From: an uncultured delta proteobacterium
GTDB taxonomy: Bacteria > Myxococcota > Myxococcia > Myxococcales > Anaeromyxobacteraceae
NCBI GenBank assembly: GCA_963828255.1
Contig: CAWHDZ010000027.1
Span: forward strand, 1 to 64,000
Reading direction: 5' to 3'
DNA length: 64,000 nucleotides
Part shown: positions 60,503-64,000 of the stretch, piece after piece
How the letters are laid out: each line of letters opens with the position of its first letter
Numbering within the stretch: position 1 is the stretch's first letter
Notes under the pieces: generated by a model
Database searches by the model: none
Told to the model about the DNA's origin: nothing
The model's input: the letters and a program-made list of their open reading frames with translations, nothing else
Program-made: the position numbers and the translations under genes

Positions 60503-61630
60503 TCAGGTGTGCGGCAGGAGCACCTGCCGCACGGCCTGGCCGGCGGCGAGGGCCTCGAAGGCTTCGTTGATCCGGTCGAGCGGCATCGACGCGCTCTGCA
60601 GCCGGTCGACCGGCATCCGCCCGGCCTTCCAGAGGGAGATGTACCGCGGGATGTCCCGCTGCGGGGCGGCCGATCCCATGTAGGACCCAACCAGGGACTG
60701 CCCCATCCCGGCGAAGTTGAGCGCGGGGAGCGACACGGTCCTGGTCGGATGGGGCAGCCCCATGGCGACCGTGGTCCCGCCCCGGCGGGTGGCCCGGAAG
60801 GCCGCCTCCAGGACGGAGGGCACGCCGGCCGCCTCGAAGGTGACCTCGGCCCCTCCGTGGGTGAGCTCCTTCACCCCCGCCTCTGCCTCGTCCGGCGAGA
60901 GCGCCGCGGTGGCGCCGAGCTGGAGGGCCAGCGCGCGCTTGGCCGCGACGGGGTCCACCGCGATGATGGGCCAGGCGTTCGCGACCACCGCCCCGATCAC
61001 CGAGGCGAGCCCGACGCCGCCCAGGCCGAAGATGGCCACCGACTGCCCCGGCCGCACCGCCGCGGTGTTGAGGACCGCTCCGGCCCCGGTGAGCACGGCG
61101 CAGCCGAAGAGGGCGGCGGTCTGCAGCGGCACGTCCTTCGGGACCACCACCGCCGACTCGCGCGCCACCACGGCGTGGCGGGAGAAGGCCGAGATCCCCA
61201 GGTGGTGGTGGATGGGCTTGCCGTCCTGGCCGGTGAGCAGCGGGCCCCCGTGGAGCAGGGTCCCGGCCCCGTTGGCCAGCGCGCCGGGCGTGCACAGGGC
61301 CGGGCGTCCCGAGGAGCACTCGGCGCAGGAGCCGCAGCTGGGGACGAAGGTCAGGACCACGTGGTCTCCGACCTTGACCTGCTTCACTCCTGGTCCGACC
61401 TCCTCGACCACCCCGGCCGCCTCGTGCCCCAGCGCCATGGGGAGCGGCCGGACCCGCGAGCCGTCCACCACCGAGATGTCGGAGTGGCAGACCCCGGCGG
61501 CCTCGATGCGGACCAGCAGCTCGCCGGCGCGCGGGGCGCCGAGCTCGACCTCCTCCAGCACCATCGGCTTCGACTCCGGGTACGGGCGCCTGTCGGTGAC
61601 GGCGCGGAGCACTGCGGCGACGGTCTTCAT
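60503..61630 (-). CDS. Zn-dependent alcohol dehydrogenase
   Basis: CHSD, GHEAAG, CGSCAEC..C, GCAVLTG and FGLGGVG motifs. Confidence 0.93.
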   Translation of the reverse strand: MKTVAAVLRAVTDRRPYPESKPMVLEEVELGAPRAGELLVRIEAAGVCHSDISVVDGSRVRPLPMALGHEAAGVVEEVGPGVKQVKVGDHVVLTFVPSCGSCAECSSGRPALCTPGALANGAGTLLHGGPLLTGQDGKPIHHHLGISAFSRHAVVARESAVVVPKDVPLQTAALFGCAVLTGAGAVLNTAAVRPGQSVAIFGLGGVGLASVIGAVVANAWPIIAVDPVAAKRALALQLGATAALSPDEAEAGVKELTHGGAEVTFEAAGVPSVLEAAFRATRRGGTTVAMGLPHPTRTVSLPALNFAGMGQSLVGSYMGSAAPQRDIPRYISLWKAGRMPVDRLQSASMPLDRINEAFEALAAGQAVRQVLLPHT

Positions 61631-61652
61631 GGTTCCCTTCCTTTCGCGGCGG

Positions 61653-62303
61653 TCAGGCGGCGGCCCGGGTCACCTGGCCGCGGTCGATGGCGTAGACGAC
61701 GTCGAGGAGCTTGCGGGAGTGGGAGAGATCGGACTCGGAGAGGATCACCGAGAGCCCCTCGGTGCGCAGCCTGGAGACCACCTCGGCGAGGCGCCCGGCC
61801 AGCACCGGCGCCACCCCCTCGAAGGGCTCGTCGAGGAGCAGGAGCTTCGAGCCGCTCATGAGGGCCCGGGCCAGCGCGGCCAGCTTCTGCTGCCCGCCGG
61901 AGAGCTGAAGACCCTTGCGCTCCTTCCACTGCCCCACCTCCGGGATCATCTCGTAGATGCGCCGGAGCCGCTCCTCCGGATGGGCCTGGCCCGCGGCCCA
62001 GGCCGGCAGGGAGACGTTCTCCTCGATGGAGAGCTGCGGGATGATGCGCCGGTCCTCGGGCATGTAGCCCATGCCGCCCCGGGCCCTCATGTAGGAGGGG
62101 ACTCCCTTCATGGGCGCCCCGTCGAAGGCGATGGTCCCGGCGGTGGGCTCGAGGATGCCCATGATGGCGCGCATGAGCGTGGTCTTGCCGGCGCCGTTGC
62201 GGCCGATGAGCCCGACCAGCTGACCGGGGGCCACGTGGAGCCCCACCCCGCGCAGGATGCGGACCGACTTGATGGAGACGTCGATCGACTCGATCGTCAG
62301 CAT
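61653..62303 (-). CDS. livF: Branched-chain amino acid-type ABC ATP-binding protein
   Basis: GRNGAGKTT, LSGGQQ and LLDEP motifs. Confidence 0.88.
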   Translation of the reverse strand: MLTIESIDVSIKSVRILRGVGLHVAPGQLVGLIGRNGAGKTTLMRAIMGILEPTAGTIAFDGAPMKGVPSYMRARGGMGYMPEDRRIIPQLSIEENVSLPAWAAGQAHPEERLRRIYEMIPEVGQWKERKGLQLSGGQQKLAALARALMSGSKLLLLDEPFEGVAPVLAGRLAEVVSRLRTEGLSVILSESDLSHSRKLLDVVYAIDRGQVTRAAA

Positions 62304-63070
62304 TGCGGGGCCTCCTCCGGCGCCTGTTCGCCCACCACCAGCCGGCGCACCTCGGGGTTCGAGAGCACGGCGGCCGAGTCGGCGTCGGCGATGACCTTGC
62401 CGTCGTAGAAGGCCACGATGCGCTGGGTGTAGCGGCGCACGATGTCCATGTCGTGCTCCACGAAGAGCACGGTGACCTTCTCGGCCCGGATGGCGCCGAG
62501 CACCAGGTCCATGAGCGAGAACTTCTCGTCGGCCGAGACGCCGCTGGTCGGCTCGTCGAGCAGCAGGATGGCCGGCTTCACCGCCAGCGCCATGGCGATG
62601 TCGAGCAGCTTGCGCACCCCCTCGGGAAGAACCGAGGCCGGCTCGTCGCGGTACGCGCGCAGGTGGAAGCGCTCCAGCATCTCGTCGGCCACCGACTCGG
62701 GGCGCGCCGTCCCCAGGTTGCTGCCCACGAAGGCCTTTCGTCCCATGGCGACGATGCCCAGGCCGACGAGCAGGTTCTCGTAGGCGGTGAGGGTGTCGAA
62801 GACCTGTGGGATCTGGAAGGACCGGCAGATGCCCAGGCGCGTGATGCGGCGCGGGGCCATCCCGGTGACGTCCCTGCCCTGGAACCGGACGGTCCCGGAG
62901 GTGGGCTTCAGGTAGCCGGTGACCAGGTTGAGGAAGGTGGTCTTGCCGGCGCCGTTGCCGCCGATGAGCCCCACCACGGTGTCCTCCTCGATGGAGAGGT
63001 TGATGTCGCGCGCCGCCGTCACCGCGCCGAAGGTCTTGGTGAGGCCGGTGGCCTCCAGGATCGGGCTCAT
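62297..63070 (-). CDS. livG: Branched-chain amino acid-type ABC ATP-binding protein
   Basis: GGNGAGKTT, RSFQIP, LLDEPT and VEHDM motifs; starts MSPILEATGL. Confidence 0.88.
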   Translation of the reverse strand: MSPILEATGLTKTFGAVTAARDINLSIEEDTVVGLIGGNGAGKTTFLNLVTGYLKPTSGTVRFQGRDVTGMAPRRITRLGICRSFQIPQVFDTLTAYENLLVGLGIVAMGRKAFVGSNLGTARPESVADEMLERFHLRAYRDEPASVLPEGVRKLLDIAMALAVKPAILLLDEPTSGVSADEKFSLMDLVLGAIRAEKVTVLFVEHDMDIVRRYTQRIVAFYDGKVIADADSAAVLSNPEVRRLVVGEQAPEEAPQC

Positions 63071-64000
63071 GACGCGGCCCTCCGGCGCCGCCTGAAGATG
63101 GACCAGAGCCCCTCGGGCAGGAAGAGGATCACCGCCAGCATGGCGCCCCCCATGACCAGCTGCCAGGTGTTGGGGGCGTGCTCGTAGGCGAAGCTGCGCA
63201 GCAGCTCGAGGAGCAGGGCGCCGGCGAAGGGGGCGGCCACGCTGGCGGTGCCGGAGAGGATGGCCACGAAGACGAATTCGCCCGAGGTGGTCCAGTAGGC
63301 CATCTCCGGGTCCACGTGCCCGACGGCGAGCGCCGTGAGCGCCCCGCCCACCCCGGCCAGCGCCGCGGCGATGACCAGGTTCAGGTGGACCACGTTGCGG
63401 ACCGAGGCGCCCATGTACTCGACGCGCAGCTCGTTGTCGCGGACCGCCGGGGCGAGCCGCCCCAGGTAGGTGGAGAGGTAGCGGTCGAGCCCCACCGATG
63501 CGCCGAAGGCGCAGAGCGCGGCCATCGCGTACACGCCGTAGCGCCCCAGGCTGCTCGTGGCCGGCAGCCCGAAGACGGTCCGGGGCGCGACGTTGAACCC
63601 GTCGGTGGAGCCGAGCGCCGAGGTCTTCACCAGGAGTCCGTAGAGGATCATCGAGAAGGCCAGCGAGAGCATGGCGAAGAAGATGGCGCGGTACCGGGCC
63701 AGCAGGACCCCCAGCACCGCGGCCACCAGCGCCGCCATCAGACCGCCGAGCAGCACCATGGGCACTGCGTCGCGCACCTGGAGGACGTTGGCCGTCACCC
63801 CGGCGGTGTAGGCCCCGGCAGCGAAGTAGAGCCCCTGCCCGAAGGAGACCAGGCCGGTGCGCATGAGCAGGAGCAGCCCCAGCGCCACGAGCCCCTTGGC
63901 GATGGCGATGGTGACGAGGAAGAGGGCCCACTTGGGCAGGAAGGGCGCGAGCAGCCCCAGGACGAGCAGCGCGATGCCCAGCCCCAGCGTGGTGCGTCGG
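63067..64000 (-). CDS. livM: Branched-chain amino acid-type ABC permease; 5' end beyond the window
   Basis: GLVSFGQ, FAMLSLAF, AVRDNE and ILFLPEGL motifs. Confidence 0.88.
   Translation of the reverse strand, partial: RRTTLGLGIALLVLGLLAPFLPKWALFLVTIAIAKGLVALGLLLLMRTGLVSFGQGLYFAAGAYTAGVTANVLQVRDAVPMVLLGGLMAALVAAVLGVLLARYRAIFFAMLSLAFSMILYGLLVKTSALGSTDGFNVAPRTVFGLPATSSLGRYGVYAMAALCAFGASVGLDRYLSTYLGRLAPAVRDNELRVEYMGASVRNVVHLNLVIAAALAGVGGALTALAVGHVDPEMAYWTTSGEFVFVAILSGTASVAAPFAGALLLELLRSFAYEHAPNTWQLVMGGAMLAVILFLPEGLWSIFRRRRRAAS

Overview
A very GC-rich bacterial chromosomal window; the gene style and content suggest Myxococcota (Anaeromyxobacter-like), which is inference. It holds about 60 genes, and I saw no rRNA, tRNA, CRISPR array or transposase. 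Recognisable modules: a P-type ATPase with a GT2 glycosyltransferase; a NapC/NirT-type tetraheme cytochrome; a pirin-hemerythrin-ACBP-aldo/keto reductase cluster; a CusCBA-type metal RND pump divergent from a sigma-54 two-component system; a glyoxylate shunt (long ICL2-type isocitrate lyase and a divergent malate synthase); eutBC; ycbK/ycbB; HtrA; a PafBC-like WYL pair with a 5'-3' exonuclease; a FIST protein; mmsA; rubrerythrin; two membrane-anchored GcvH-like proteins; and an ABC/ADH/ALDH catabolic operon. The most notable candidate system is at 52253-57735, a Ralstonia phc-like quorum-sensing locus: a REC-kinase, a PilZ-fused PhcB-like methyltransferase and a membrane kinase-REC-kinase hybrid. 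The window also has several decayed genes: aqpZ and chaA remnants with internal deletions, a frameshifted TolB-like/TPR gene and a doubly disrupted GGDEF-hemerythrin gene. All family calls come from motif recognition by eye, not database searches.
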